Source: an uncultured Nitrospiraceae bacterium (GTDB taxonomy: Bacteria; Nitrospirota; Nitrospiria; Nitrospirales; Nitrospiraceae). Taken from it: a stretch of DNA of 64,000 nt. The notes under the pieces are model-generated. The model saw only the letters and a program-made list of their open reading frames with translations, was not told the origin of the DNA and searched no databases. Both the position numbers and the translations under genes were made by a program. Location of the stretch: assembly GCA_963846575.1 (NCBI GenBank), contig CAWJWJ010000002.1, positions 1,952,001 to 2,016,000 of the forward strand, written 5' to 3'. The first letter of the stretch is position 1. Every line of letters starts with the position of its first letter. This document shows positions 9,306 through 19,925 of this stretch, in pieces.

Positions 9306-10493
9306 CTATTCCGCTGGAATACCTGCCATCAAGGCTTGGGCTACTGGCGCAGCGAGAGCCACTATGGCCCAAGGGGCCCCGAAATCCATGTTTCCTGCAC
9401 AAACGATCAGCACCGTATAGATGACAAGAGGAAGATGGAACGCCGTTTCCTCATGGTCCGACCCGACAGCACGAAACGCAGCGATTCCACTTTGAAGAAT
9501 GTAGACACAAAACAGGACTAATGGGACGACACCTGAGGCCACCGCAAACAGGAGAAAGCTATTGTGCGGTGTGACGTACATGCCGGTCACGGTGACTGCT
9601 CCGGAGTGGGAGGCGCCGACCCCTATGAGGGGTGAGCTAAGGAACCGTTCGATAAGCAGCGGCCACACCCTGAATCGGCCTGTTTCCTCCGCCGCACGAA
9701 TGGAGTATGAGCGAACCGCTTGATCGAACAGGCCGAGCTCCATGACTCCCAGTCCCAGCCCTGCCAGCAATATCAAGGGAAGAATCCCCCCTCTGAGAAG
9801 GCGCCTGCCCGCCACAACGAGCGAAACCGCGATTGCGAGCAGCACACCTCGACTGACCGTCAACGTCACGACATATAACGACGCCAGTGCCATCGCCCAT
9901 GCGACCAGCCGGGAGGCGACGTTCTTTTCAAGATATCCCTTAATAAACATGCACACCACACAGAACCCGAACCAGCCGGCCAGGGCGTTGGCGTTTGCAT
10001 AGCCAAGCTCTTTGTTCAGTTCCACCCGCTCATAGGTCGCACCCTGACTCAGCGACATAAACGGAAGCATCGCCAGTCCCATGAAAAACGTGAACCATAC
10101 GAAACGCTGCAGAAAGTTAGGACGATGCAGCACAAGGACCTGCACGATGGCCAGTGAGAGAAGCCATGGACCGAACTGATAGACATACATGCCGTAGAGT
10201 GATTCTCCATGCACTCCGAGTTGGAGAAACAGGTAGACAATGCCGCAGGCAAGCGGTATCCACGCGGTCTGAAGAGTGGTAAACAGCGCCGGTCCAAGCG
10301 CAAGATAGCAAAGCGCTAAAATCGGTATCAAAAGAAATCCCGACCCGATACTCCCTATGAGAATCAGCCCGAGCGGCGCGCCCAGGATCGTGTAGAAAAT
10401 CACAAAATAAAAGCCGTACTCGACAGGAGCCAACGCTGCTGACGATTCCCTGCTGTGCTGATCCAGGACGGGCATAATTCCGATAGCTTGCAT
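9306..10493 (-). CDS. O-antigen ligase / Wzy polymerase family (Wzy_C) membrane protein
   Basis: About 10-12 hydrophobic segments; NANALA, LTVSRG, ETGRFRVW, PLIGVG, PHNSFL motifs. Start uncertain (10541, 10493 or 10475). Confidence 0.85.
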   Translation of the reverse strand: MQAIGIMPVLDQHSRESSAALAPVEYGFYFVIFYTILGAPLGLILIGSIGSGFLLIPILALCYLALGPALFTTLQTAWIPLACGIVYLFLQLGVHGESLYGMYVYQFGPWLLSLAIVQVLVLHRPNFLQRFVWFTFFMGLAMLPFMSLSQGATYERVELNKELGYANANALAGWFGFCVVCMFIKGYLEKNVASRLVAWAMALASLYVVTLTVSRGVLLAIAVSLVVAGRRLLRGGILPLILLAGLGLGVMELGLFDQAVRSYSIRAAEETGRFRVWPLLIERFLSSPLIGVGASHSGAVTVTGMYVTPHNSFLLFAVASGVVPLVLFCVYILQSGIAAFRAVGSDHEETAFHLPLVIYTVLIVCAGNMDFGAPWAIVALAAPVAQALMAGIPAE

Positions 10494-10553
10494 GCGACTC
10501 CGCTGTGCACAAGTGAAAGACATTCTGAAACGGGGAAGCACCCCCTCGAGGCC

Positions 10554-11960
10554 TCACTCTTGGCCTGCCTCATGGATCGAGGTGCTACCTGATATCGTCA
10601 GGTTGGTAGCGGAAGTACTCCTGATCACAATGGACTGATACTTCCAAATGAAGAGAGTGCCAAGTCGGACGAGGCCAACCCCCGCCAATAAGGGGACAAT
10701 GAGTTCCAGCGGAGCTCGATACCGTGAACCCGCACCGAACCCGACCCCTCCCGTCAGGGTCATGACACTGCAAACCATCAGCAGAGCCATCAGCCATTTT
10801 CTATCAACGATCTCGTCGCGCTGACCTCCAGTCCAGGCATGCCTGACCCCGAAGGCGGCACACAGGACCAGTCCCGCCCAAACTCCGCCCAACACGATTG
10901 TGTCGCCTCGGAAGTTCAGGCTCGCCGGAGTCAGGATGCCGGGATGGGGGTGAATAAACGCCTCGGCTGCATTGAGCCCGAACGTATACACGGTCAAGAA
11001 TGGATGGTCGCGGAAAACGCGGCTTGCCAGCCGCCATCGTTCAGTGTCCGCGTCCTGGAGAGACAGTGTCCACTTGGTTTCGGCCTCTTCCGCCTCTCTT
11101 AGGATCGCCCAGCGGTCTCCAGCAGCCCCGGGAACCTGACCCTGAACACTCGAAGCCAGCCATTGCCAGGCTGCTTTGCCGGACACGTCGCTGAAGCCAT
11201 GAAACTGCGCTTCCTGGATATTGCGCACCGTCCACAGGTGCATCGGTAGCAACGCACAGATCACCATGACCGCCGACAACATCCAGGCTCGCATTCGCCT
11301 ATCGCCGGGAGAGAAGACGAATAGTATGAGCGCGACCAGCGGGATCAGAGGCAACACCGGTCTGACAAACACCACCGCGCTTGTCAGCAACCCAATCAGC
11401 ATTCCGCCCACTGTGACCATCCCCGGCGTTCGCGCGCGTTGAACGATGACGTGCATGGCGTAGAAAAGCAGCGCCAACAGCAGCAGAAACAGACCGTCAG
11501 TGAGGAGAAAGCCAGCTCTCACCGCGCCCCAGGGAGACAGGGCGGCCAGTACCGTCCCCACAAAGGCCATCAGCGGCGTAACAAGTCGTCGCGCTAGCCA
11601 GTACAGTACGAGGACGCTCAATGACACGATGATGGTCTGCGCGATCAGCACGATGCGCAGATCGCTGCCACAGATAGTCATGAGAGCCGCAAGAAACAGG
11701 GGATAACCCGGAGTACGGGTAATCTCGGGGCTGTTATACTTGTTCAGAAACGATCCGGAATCCCTCAGGCTCTCGGCCGTATCCAAATAGGTTCCCGAAT
11801 CCGGAAAGACGAGTTGGGTGGGATCGGCACGGTACGTGAAGAAAACGCGAATGGAGAGCGCACAGACCAAAATGATCAAGGACGCGAGGAATACATGATC
11901 CTTCAACCACACGGAGTACCGTGTGAAGCGGTCTGTAGAATGGAAAGAATCAGTTGCCAT
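10554..11960 (-). CDS. GT-C fold membrane glycosyltransferase (ArnT/PMT-like)
   Basis: Multi-TM; FPDSGTY, TRTPGYPLFLA, LLTDGLF, FVRP, WTVRN, SRYRAPLE motifs. Confidence 0.8.
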   Translation of the reverse strand: MATDSFHSTDRFTRYSVWLKDHVFLASLIILVCALSIRVFFTYRADPTQLVFPDSGTYLDTAESLRDSGSFLNKYNSPEITRTPGYPLFLAALMTICGSDLRIVLIAQTIIVSLSVLVLYWLARRLVTPLMAFVGTVLAALSPWGAVRAGFLLTDGLFLLLLALLFYAMHVIVQRARTPGMVTVGGMLIGLLTSAVVFVRPVLPLIPLVALILFVFSPGDRRMRAWMLSAVMVICALLPMHLWTVRNIQEAQFHGFSDVSGKAAWQWLASSVQGQVPGAAGDRWAILREAEEAETKWTLSLQDADTERWRLASRVFRDHPFLTVYTFGLNAAEAFIHPHPGILTPASLNFRGDTIVLGGVWAGLVLCAAFGVRHAWTGGQRDEIVDRKWLMALLMVCSVMTLTGGVGFGAGSRYRAPLELIVPLLAGVGLVRLGTLFIWKYQSIVIRSTSATNLTISGSTSIHEAGQE

Positions 11961-12164
11961 GGTTTTTCATATCGAAGACGACGCTGCCGGGACGATGTGA
12001 GCGACGACCTCACGAAGAGTAAGCTGATTGCGTTGACGCGACGATAGTCCGTCTAATGGTTCGGTCCCGTCCGGTCAGAAACCTTGCCTGGCTCAGTAGA
12101 TTCGCCGGGAGCATCGCCTATCTCTTGAACCACGCAAGTGACGGAAACCGATCCGAGATGAGTG

Positions 12165-13373
12165 CTATCGAGTGCAAGCCACTCCTGCCGCCACGGGTTG
12201 GCAGGATTCTTCGATCATCGTTTCCAATCGGATGGCGCTGCAAGACCAGCTGTATTGGTCTCGAACCCTTTCGCCGCCAATGACGCCTCGTTGCCTCGCC
12301 TCACCGCGGTGATTGACGATGTACTGGAGTCCTTGTGCAAGGGAATCGTCCGATCCATGCGTGAAGAGCCATCCCCCTTGCGTATCCGCCAGACTCCTGT
12401 TGCCACCCACTCCGGAGACAAGGAACGGCACGCCGCAGGCCAACGCCTCAAGGGCGGCATTCGAATAGTTTTCGTAACGGCTGGGCATGACAAAAAGATC
12501 CATTGCCCGATACCACTCCGCCAGCGCAGCATGTGGCACGTCGGACTCAAGGTGCACGATGCCTTGTGCGCACTCCTCCTTCAGCCACATGCGCACTTTC
12601 GCCTGCTCCTCCCCCGATCCGATGACCAGCAGCCTGGCCTGCGGAATGGCGCGCCGTATCTTTCCGAAGGCCTGTGCGAGAAGATCGATGCCTTTGATAT
12701 ATGCAAGTCGCCCCACATATCCAATTACCCAGTCTTTGGCGGTCCATCCCAACCGTTGCCGAACCTGCGAGGCACCCGGTCTGAACAACTCGCTGTCCAA
12801 TCCGATCGGAAGTTCTCGAGCATGCTCACCGAGACACTCTCGCATCTTGCTCAGCACGTCTCCATTAGCGCAGACAATGGGAATCGTCCTGAGCAACTGC
12901 GTCAAATCAGCCGAGACGGGACCCGGCAGCCGAAGGATCGTCGGTCGAACCTTCGCGATCGTACTGGCTAATAGCGTGCTTCCATGAACATAGACGGCGT
13001 CAAACTCGTTCCAACGGCCTTCAAACTCGGTCTCAATCCGACGTGTAAAACGCCTGTCGTGCCACCGTACCGTCCGCCAACAGATGGCCTCCTGCACGCG
13101 ATCCCACTTGGTTCGAAGGCCTAGTCCTGGAGGAATCCAGCTGGCCATGGTAGACAGAGTGCCCTGGCCGAACTTCCGTGACCACCGCCCGGCCAGAGGA
13201 AGGGCACGAAATGCCGAGGGCAGCGCGAGGGGGTAGCAGCCTTTGCTGTCCGCTACGAAGGTAGCCCAGACTTGATGCCCTCGCTCAGCGAAGGCCTCGA
13301 AGAGATTTCGCGTAAAATTTTCGCCGCCACCCCGGAGGACACCAAGCTCCGAATGAATGATCAGAATATTCAT
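12165..13373 (-). CDS. GT4 glycosyltransferase
   Basis: GGGENF, YVGRLAYIKG, PSRYENYSNAALEALACG. Confidence 0.92.
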   Translation of the reverse strand: MNILIIHSELGVLRGGGENFTRNLFEAFAERGHQVWATFVADSKGCYPLALPSAFRALPLAGRWSRKFGQGTLSTMASWIPPGLGLRTKWDRVQEAICWRTVRWHDRRFTRRIETEFEGRWNEFDAVYVHGSTLLASTIAKVRPTILRLPGPVSADLTQLLRTIPIVCANGDVLSKMRECLGEHARELPIGLDSELFRPGASQVRQRLGWTAKDWVIGYVGRLAYIKGIDLLAQAFGKIRRAIPQARLLVIGSGEEQAKVRMWLKEECAQGIVHLESDVPHAALAEWYRAMDLFVMPSRYENYSNAALEALACGVPFLVSGVGGNRSLADTQGGWLFTHGSDDSLAQGLQYIVNHRGEARQRGVIGGERVRDQYSWSCSAIRLETMIEESCQPVAAGVACTR

Positions 13374-13412
13374 GATGCAGTAGTCGCGGATCGAATTCGC
13401 TCCGATGCTCCC

Positions 13413-14489
13413 CTACTCTAATAAATGGCTCTTTTGCAGCGCCTGGTGAAGTGCATAGGCTGCCGCCCGGTGACCCCTCTGATTCCAATGCCAATCGTAT
13501 TCCGATTCGAGATGAACGCGCTCAATCTCAACGATTTTCGTGAACTCATCCGTGAGATCGAGAAAGACGAACCCGAATCGCGTGGCATGCTCCCTGAGCA
13601 GTTCGTTCAACCAACTCACGTTGCTGTTCTGCAGCGCGTGAGCATAGATGTCTTTCCGAGGAGCATCTATCTGAAACACAATGGGCTTTCCCGCATTCTC
13701 CCGCTTCAGTGTCGCGAGGACATACTCGGTCGTCGCTTCAATGCGGCTGCGGTGAGACCGCGTTCTTTCCACGTCGATGTTGGCGTTATACTCTGGGGCA
13801 TTCTGCAGACCGGACATCAAGCGTTGCCATCGCGCAGTGATCTGCAGGTTCGCGTGGGCGAACCGGATCACGCTACTGTGCCTGGCCAGACGAAGCACTG
13901 AGTTCGACTCATACGGAACGATGGGGGCCTCACGGATGGGTAACTCCGAATCCTCCAAGCACAACATCCCTGTCTGGCGCTTGACTGAACACAGCGATTC
14001 TTCAAAGTCGTTGTGGACCACGTTGATGACGAGAATATCCGGATCAAAATGCGTCCGTACATACCGCGCCATCTGCAGATACTGGCTCAACGAAGCACCG
14101 GAGATGCCAAAGGCATAGACCTCAAACTTCGGATCGACCAAATGCCTTAGCTGTCCGGCGATGGAATCTTCGACATCGACTTGAAATGCCTCGACATAGG
14201 AGTCTCCGATTATCGCGATTCGAGGCCTCCGTTTGGCTTCGACAAAATCAATCGCACTATTCCACCCGGCATTGTTTATTCGCCAGTTCGCACGCTGCTG
14301 GGCCATGGCTCCGATCGTAAACACTCCAGTTCGCTGCTCGGTCGTCGAGAATCTGAGGATGCGGTCGTTTTGGTCGTAGTGGTAATAGGGAAACTCTGAC
14401 CCTCGAATCAGAAACGTGAAGATCAGCTCCAACACGAGAAACAGAACAATGAGAGCTGGGACGGTTAACCGTAGGATGTTTCGCAGCAT
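13413..14489 (-). CDS. SGNH/GDSL-family protein (AlgX/AlgJ-like O-acetyltransferase or esterase) with N-terminal membrane anchor
   Basis: IIGDSYVE (block I), FGISG (II), VHND (III), YDWHWNQRGH (V, DxH); N-terminal TM helix. Confidence 0.8.
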   Translation of the reverse strand: MLRNILRLTVPALIVLFLVLELIFTFLIRGSEFPYYHYDQNDRILRFSTTEQRTGVFTIGAMAQQRANWRINNAGWNSAIDFVEAKRRPRIAIIGDSYVEAFQVDVEDSIAGQLRHLVDPKFEVYAFGISGASLSQYLQMARYVRTHFDPDILVINVVHNDFEESLCSVKRQTGMLCLEDSELPIREAPIVPYESNSVLRLARHSSVIRFAHANLQITARWQRLMSGLQNAPEYNANIDVERTRSHRSRIEATTEYVLATLKRENAGKPIVFQIDAPRKDIYAHALQNSNVSWLNELLREHATRFGFVFLDLTDEFTKIVEIERVHLESEYDWHWNQRGHRAAAYALHQALQKSHLLE

Positions 14490-14507
14490 GGACGTGGCAG
14501 TAGAGTG

Positions 14508-15593
14508 CTACCGGGAGGAGTGCCGGGTTGCCTGATCAAACGCTTTGACTACAACGGCCTCGCTATGATGACCCGCGATATAGTCGCGAGCCCTCACGGC
14601 AATACGATCTCGTTCATCCGGCGATGTGACCCAATCATGCAAGCGCTCCACCGCAGCCTCAACCGTTGGGGTCACCGATCCCAACCGAAGCCGCTGGACG
14701 AGTTCGTCCGGATCCACCCGAAGACTGAGTACAGGGGTTCCACTACTCCATGCCTGCAAAAACGTGTTGGGAAACCCCTCCTGGTCCGAGGTACACAGCA
14801 GCGCAGCCGCGCCTGAGATCACCCGCTCCGCTTCTACCGGTGCAACCTGGCCTCGATACTCCACGTTCGGCAAACCTCGAAGTTCCTCTATGATGCGCTC
14901 GCTATATCCAGGCTGTGACCGATGCGTGGTCGCCCCACCACAGACGACGTACTTGATCGCCGGTGACTGTGTTGCTATCTCAATGAGGAGATCCGGACGT
15001 TTCGGTTGTCGCAACATTCCGACCCAGGCGACATAGGGCTCTCGGCCCGCATGCGATCGGACCACCGGCTGTGCCTGTGTGATGCTTCGAATGACCTGCG
15101 CCTTCGGCTTCCACCACGAGGACAAGTCATCTAACTGCTTCCCATGTTGCACGAATAGCCGCTCAGTCCGGAAAAGTCCCCAGGCATAGAGGGGCCACCA
15201 ACGCTGCCTGGCCGTTAATGCGACCCGGGGCCACACATCCGTATCGAAGGCGGCGGCAAAAATGGTTTGCGCGCCGACGAGATGGGCAATCTGAACTAAC
15301 GGCCCGAAGAGATGGGAAGACCCTCGCCAATACAACCAATCCGGGCGTTCCGATGATAGAAACCGATAACAATCGACCAGGCATTGACCTTGATTGATTC
15401 CCTCAAACTCAACCCCGGAAATTGTCCGTCGCTCACCCAACGGCAATCCCTGCCGGATGCCCACACACACCGACCAGCCTGACGAAGCCAAAGCCCTGGC
15501 GAGGAACCACTGCTGGCGTTCACTGCCTCCGACGGTCGAGGCGTCAGACAAGGCATAGCCGTAGATGCGGTCATTGAGAAACACCACCTTCAT
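14508..15593 (-). CDS. GT4 glycosyltransferase
   Basis: VGGSERQ, WVGMLRQPKRP, SDQEGFPNTFLQAWSSG; ATG at 15593 overlaps the asnB stop (ATGA). Confidence 0.9.
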   Translation of the reverse strand: MKVVFLNDRIYGYALSDASTVGGSERQQWFLARALASSGWSVCVGIRQGLPLGERRTISGVEFEGINQGQCLVDCYRFLSSERPDWLYWRGSSHLFGPLVQIAHLVGAQTIFAAAFDTDVWPRVALTARQRWWPLYAWGLFRTERLFVQHGKQLDDLSSWWKPKAQVIRSITQAQPVVRSHAGREPYVAWVGMLRQPKRPDLLIEIATQSPAIKYVVCGGATTHRSQPGYSERIIEELRGLPNVEYRGQVAPVEAERVISGAAALLCTSDQEGFPNTFLQAWSSGTPVLSLRVDPDELVQRLRLGSVTPTVEAAVERLHDWVTSPDERDRIAVRARDYIAGHHSEAVVVKAFDQATRHSSR

Positions 15594-17443
15594 ATCGAAG
15601 GAGACCGCGCCATCGCCCAACTGAGGAACACAAAAGGAGTCCACAATTCGCGGCCAACTCCTCCGGAGGCTACATTCCTTGCATGCAGCCTGCGCAGGTA
15701 GCCGTAGTCGAACAGATCGACATGGGCTTCGCCCCAGTCCAATGCGGCATCGACGGCCGGCTTCCAGCTGGTCGCCAGAAACCGCTCTAACGGAACATGG
15801 AATCCGTGCTTGGGCCTATCCCACACTTGCCGGGGAAGCAGTCGTTTCGCAATCGGCAGCAGCAACGCTTTGAGCGTGCCACCCACGATTCTCTTGTTCG
15901 CATGGAGCGGAAGAATCCGGTCCAGGACCAACTCATCAAGGTACGGCACCCGTACCTCGAGAGATGCCAACATGCTTGCGCGATCCGTTTTGACGAGGCA
16001 GTTCTCACTCAAATAGGTTTCCACATCAGCCCGGATGAGGAGATCCATGTCGAAGGACGCGCCATACCGTCTGGCACGTCGCTCCCAGGGTTCGAAGTAC
16101 TCGGACACCTGAGCGGCTTCGTGGTACCCGCCCGCAAGGACCTGGCGAAGATCTTTTCGGAATATGGGGTAATCCCCGTACCGGACCCAGGACCACCTGA
16201 TGCGATCCTCGGGTGTCAACGTTCGCCAATACAGATGCGACATTCCCCTTGGACGCCAGTTCAACCTGCGCAGCGATCGGTCGAGCAGGCGGTAACCGGG
16301 AATCGGTACCGACTGATCATTGCCCTGCAAGTATTTTGGATACCCTCCGAAGACCTCATCGCCGCCATCCCCCGACAGAGCCACCTTCACATGCCCGGCC
16401 GTCATCTTTGAGAGGGCAAAGGTCGGGACAAGAGCCGGATCGGCAAACGGCTCGTCCAGCCGTCCCAGTAACTCCAGCAGCATGTCCGGGCCGAAATCTT
16501 CGGCCGGAAGTACCGTGTGGTCGGTTCCGAACTGCCGCGCGACGAGTCCGGCAATGGAGGATTCGTCGGCCGAGGCGTCGGTGAATGCGATTGAGAATGA
16601 ACGGACCGGCTTCTCACTCTCACGCGCCATCAACGCCACCATTAATGAGGAGTCAATGCCTCCGGAGAGAAACACTCCGATCGGGACATCGCTGATCATC
16701 TGGCGCCGCACAACCTGCTGAAGCAACTGTTCAAGGTCGCTTTCGCACGGCGCCTCCGCACGCGGATCGTGACCGGGTGGAGTCCAATACCGCTCGATAC
16801 GGGGCGCTGCATCACCCAGCCGCCATTGAAATCGACATCCCGGTTCGAGTTTATGCACTCCTTGAAGAATCGAGCGAGGGGACGGAATATAGTCGAACGC
16901 CAGCAGGTCCCGCACGGCAACCGGGTCGACCCGTGCAAAGTCTGGAAGGCCATCGAAAGGTTCAAGCGTCGAAGATGCGACCAATGTACCGCCGGTGAGG
17001 GCCCAGCACAGAGGCTTGATTCCCAACCGATCACGAGCGCCGAAGATCGCACAGTCCACACGATCCCACACGACGAACCCGAATATGCCGTTCAGACGTT
17101 CGACAATCGCCGCGCCCCATCGGGCAAACCCTTCCACCAGCACTTCGGTGTCGGATTGAGTTCGAAACCGGACACCCTCCCGGCGCAGTTCCTCCCGAAT
17201 TTCGACAAAGTTGTAGATTTCACCATTAAAGACGAGAACATATCGCCCGTTACGGCTCAACATGGGCTGTTGCCCCGTCGCCAGATCGATGATGGACAGG
17301 CGCCGGTGAAACAGCATCACATGCTGCTCCATCCATTCTCCTGATCCGTCAGGGCCGCGATGCGTGAGGCGCCCTGCAGCAGCCTGTGCGGTTTGACGAT
17401 CGATGCGCTGAGATTCCTGGACTACTGCGAGAAAACCACACAT
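15590..17443 (-). CDS. asnB: Second asparagine synthase (glutamine-hydrolysing) family amidotransferase
   Basis: True start MCGFLA at 17443; HRGPD, FNGEIYNF, LSGGIDSS, SGDGGDEVFGGY, KTDRASM, EVRVPYLD. Confidence 0.93.
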   Translation of the reverse strand: MCGFLAVVQESQRIDRQTAQAAAGRLTHRGPDGSGEWMEQHVMLFHRRLSIIDLATGQQPMLSRNGRYVLVFNGEIYNFVEIREELRREGVRFRTQSDTEVLVEGFARWGAAIVERLNGIFGFVVWDRVDCAIFGARDRLGIKPLCWALTGGTLVASSTLEPFDGLPDFARVDPVAVRDLLAFDYIPSPRSILQGVHKLEPGCRFQWRLGDAAPRIERYWTPPGHDPRAEAPCESDLEQLLQQVVRRQMISDVPIGVFLSGGIDSSLMVALMARESEKPVRSFSIAFTDASADESSIAGLVARQFGTDHTVLPAEDFGPDMLLELLGRLDEPFADPALVPTFALSKMTAGHVKVALSGDGGDEVFGGYPKYLQGNDQSVPIPGYRLLDRSLRRLNWRPRGMSHLYWRTLTPEDRIRWSWVRYGDYPIFRKDLRQVLAGGYHEAAQVSEYFEPWERRARRYGASFDMDLLIRADVETYLSENCLVKTDRASMLASLEVRVPYLDELVLDRILPLHANKRIVGGTLKALLLPIAKRLLPRQVWDRPKHGFHVPLERFLATSWKPAVDAALDWGEAHVDLFDYGYLRRLHARNVASGGVGRELWTPFVFLSWAMARSPSI

Positions 17444-17532
17444 ACGTACCTCGCCACCCACGTTCAATGGCCCGGAGTCGAATTGTCCTGCACACGGTGA
17501 CCGGATGCGGATGCAGACGGGATCGAGCGTGA

Positions 17533-18366
17533 TCAAGTGAGGGTCGGGCGTCCCTCGAGAATCGCTCCCATTGAGCGCCACCGGATGGTCGGATCAGCTG
17601 TCGCCCGCTGGACAAGCTTGTAGAGATGCTCACCGACGGTTCGCGCATCCGGATCTTTGGTCGGTTGATTGAACTCCCAATAGTGGGTGGCGGCACAAAA
17701 CACTCCACCGACTGCACTGACTTCGTCGAATAGCCTGAGACTTTGTTGCAACGTGGATCGGGGCGTCACAGGATTGCCTGCCAATTCTTTGTGATCGGCT
17801 AGTTCAAGCACGTACGGTACTCCGGTGAGCCCCGTCCTGCGCCGCTGTCTCAACTGCCACCAGGTCTTCAAACTTGCAGGCGCGATCCAGGACCAGCCAT
17901 GACGCATGCCGGCCATTCCGCCAAGGTGCAGTCCCGCTGTGGTGATGGCCTTCAATCCAGCTCTGCCGATGGCGTTATGAGGAGGGACAAAGACCCGAAT
18001 GATTGTCCCGAGAACCTCTTCCAGGTACTGCCTGCCATCACGCACTTTTCGCTCCAGATCCGAACCTTCCAGAAACTCACGCTGATTTCCCGGTTCATCG
18101 TGATGATAGCCATGCAGCATGGCTTCATATCGTCCAGTCGCAATGCCATGACGCAGATATTCGACAAGCGCATGGTTCTCAGCCAGTGGATGAACGGACC
18201 ATCGTTCGCGGTACGTGTCCGGCAACCCACGGCTCGTTCCCGCCCGACAAAATGGGATGATCGCCAGAGACACAGGGCCCCGCTTCGTGACTTCACCATA
18301 GGCTCGCTCCAAATCATCGGGTGATGTAAAGAAGCTGGTGTCGTCGTCGCGGATACAGAAGTCCAA
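17533..18366 (-). CDS. Polysaccharide deacetylase-like protein (DUF2334 / CE4-like)
   Basis: IRDDD, LHGYHH, FVPPHN motifs; TTG start with GGAGG RBS. Confidence 0.8.
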   Translation of the reverse strand: MDFCIRDDDTSFFTSPDDLERAYGEVTKRGPVSLAIIPFCRAGTSRGLPDTYRERWSVHPLAENHALVEYLRHGIATGRYEAMLHGYHHDEPGNQREFLEGSDLERKVRDGRQYLEEVLGTIIRVFVPPHNAIGRAGLKAITTAGLHLGGMAGMRHGWSWIAPASLKTWWQLRQRRRTGLTGVPYVLELADHKELAGNPVTPRSTLQQSLRLFDEVSAVGGVFCAATHYWEFNQPTKDPDARTVGEHLYKLVQRATADPTIRWRSMGAILEGRPTLT

Positions 18367-18450
18367 AGATCGTTCCTCCCCCTCGTCGCTCCGGTGGCAG
18401 ATACTGTACAGAAAGAATTGGCAGCTGTTTAGAATGGCTGACGGCTGGAT

Positions 18451-19881
18451 TTATCCGAAACCATCGAGCCACCTCTCGTCTTCGATGTGCCGTAGGCTCG
18501 GTGGGATCGTTTGCGCGCCGGGCACGAAGGGTTTCTCAGGCGGAACTCCCTCCAACGCACGAACCAGGATGGCAGTTTGATGCTCCGACGAATAGGACGC
18601 GCAAGCCTTGGGGTCTGGTACCAGCGAAAGCAACTCACCATTGGCCCATTTCTCGATCAGGTTTTGCAAAACCGCCACAATCTCCGGCACTGAATCGACA
18701 TCCGCCACGGTTTTTGCACCAACACGCTCCAACACTTGTCGTGTCTCGTCCAGCGGCACTATCCCGACGATGGGCCTTCCAGCCTTTAAATAGCCAAATA
18801 GCTTGGCACCGGCGAATAGTTCGTAGCCCGGTATGGTCGCCTTTCGGCCGAGCACGAGAAGTGCGTGCGATTCCCGTTGCAGACGATTGATTTTTTCATA
18901 GGACATCCAGCCTGCAGTTTCGACGATGTCGGTTAAACCAAGACTTGTAGCCTGGGCAGCCAGCGGTTCCATTCCTTCACCGACAAACACACACCGCAAT
19001 CGTTTGGCCAGCCCTGGGTCAGACTCTTTTAGGACGGTGAGCGCTGTGAGCAGCGTGTCGTAGCGATAGTCCGGAAGGGTGCCGGCATAAAGAAGAGTGC
19101 ATCGGTCTCCGACCGATGACACGAACGGTTCGATCGGAGCTTCATACCCATTGGGAATGATGTAGACCTTCGACGCCTGGAGTGCGCCCTTATAGGCCCG
19201 CCAAAAGCATTCGGCCTCGCTCTCATATCGGAACACTACGGCCTGCGCACCCTTGAGCAACCCATACATCGTTCGGCGGACCTGGCGTCTCGCTGATTTG
19301 GACTTTTTGGCCTCGAACTCAGTGCAAGTCACCGTCCAGGCATCATCGAAATCAAGAATGTAGGGAACACCAGTCCGTTTTGAAACCATCTGTGCAATAA
19401 AGAATGCCGAGAGTCGCCCTGCGTTGGCCCAGATCACCGTCGGTCGCTGGTGGGCGCAGGCCTCCAGCGTGGCCCGCACGGCATGCCTGATCCAGGGCAT
19501 GGCCATATCCGGATGATACCACCAGGCCTCGGCTGTCTGGACCATTGCTCGAACCCGTGACCGCAGATTGCCGGACGTCACCTCATGCCGGTTTTGATCA
19601 ACCGCCGCCAGGTTCCTGGACTCTTGTATTTGAATTCTTCGAGCTCTCCAGGACTGAAACCTTTGCCACCAATCATAGGCCCTGACTCGAATGACTTTGG
19701 TTTCATCCGGCACCAATGCCGTGAGTTTTGGATCATACCGCTCGTATTGACTTGGGATCGCGGAGATCACCTGCACACCCCATCCCATCTTCGGCAGCTG
19801 CCGGACATGTCGCAAGGTCCGATAGGACGTGGCAGACCCTTCGGGAGGAAAGGGATGCGCAATCATGACGATGTGCTTCAT
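18451..19881 (-). CDS. GT4-like glycosyltransferase
   Basis: MKHIVMIAHPFPP, HPDMAMPW, IPNGYE, LYAGTL, AKLFGYLKAGRPIVG; start moved to 19881. Confidence 0.85.
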   Translation of the reverse strand: MKHIVMIAHPFPPEGSATSYRTLRHVRQLPKMGWGVQVISAIPSQYERYDPKLTALVPDETKVIRVRAYDWWQRFQSWRARRIQIQESRNLAAVDQNRHEVTSGNLRSRVRAMVQTAEAWWYHPDMAMPWIRHAVRATLEACAHQRPTVIWANAGRLSAFFIAQMVSKRTGVPYILDFDDAWTVTCTEFEAKKSKSARRQVRRTMYGLLKGAQAVVFRYESEAECFWRAYKGALQASKVYIIPNGYEAPIEPFVSSVGDRCTLLYAGTLPDYRYDTLLTALTVLKESDPGLAKRLRCVFVGEGMEPLAAQATSLGLTDIVETAGWMSYEKINRLQRESHALLVLGRKATIPGYELFAGAKLFGYLKAGRPIVGIVPLDETRQVLERVGAKTVADVDSVPEIVAVLQNLIEKWANGELLSLVPDPKACASYSSEHQTAILVRALEGVPPEKPFVPGAQTIPPSLRHIEDERWLDGFG

Positions 19882-19925
19882 GGTTTTGTCTCTGGCTGAG
19901 ATGGACACTGAGCCTCCGGAAAGCA

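Noticed and set aside
5949..17443. AsnB homologues as lasso-peptide cyclases (RiPP cluster)
   Set aside because: Both keep the N-terminal Cys glutaminase domain (MCG). No precursor peptide, B1/RRE or B2 protease is seen, and the context is purely glycan biosynthesis.
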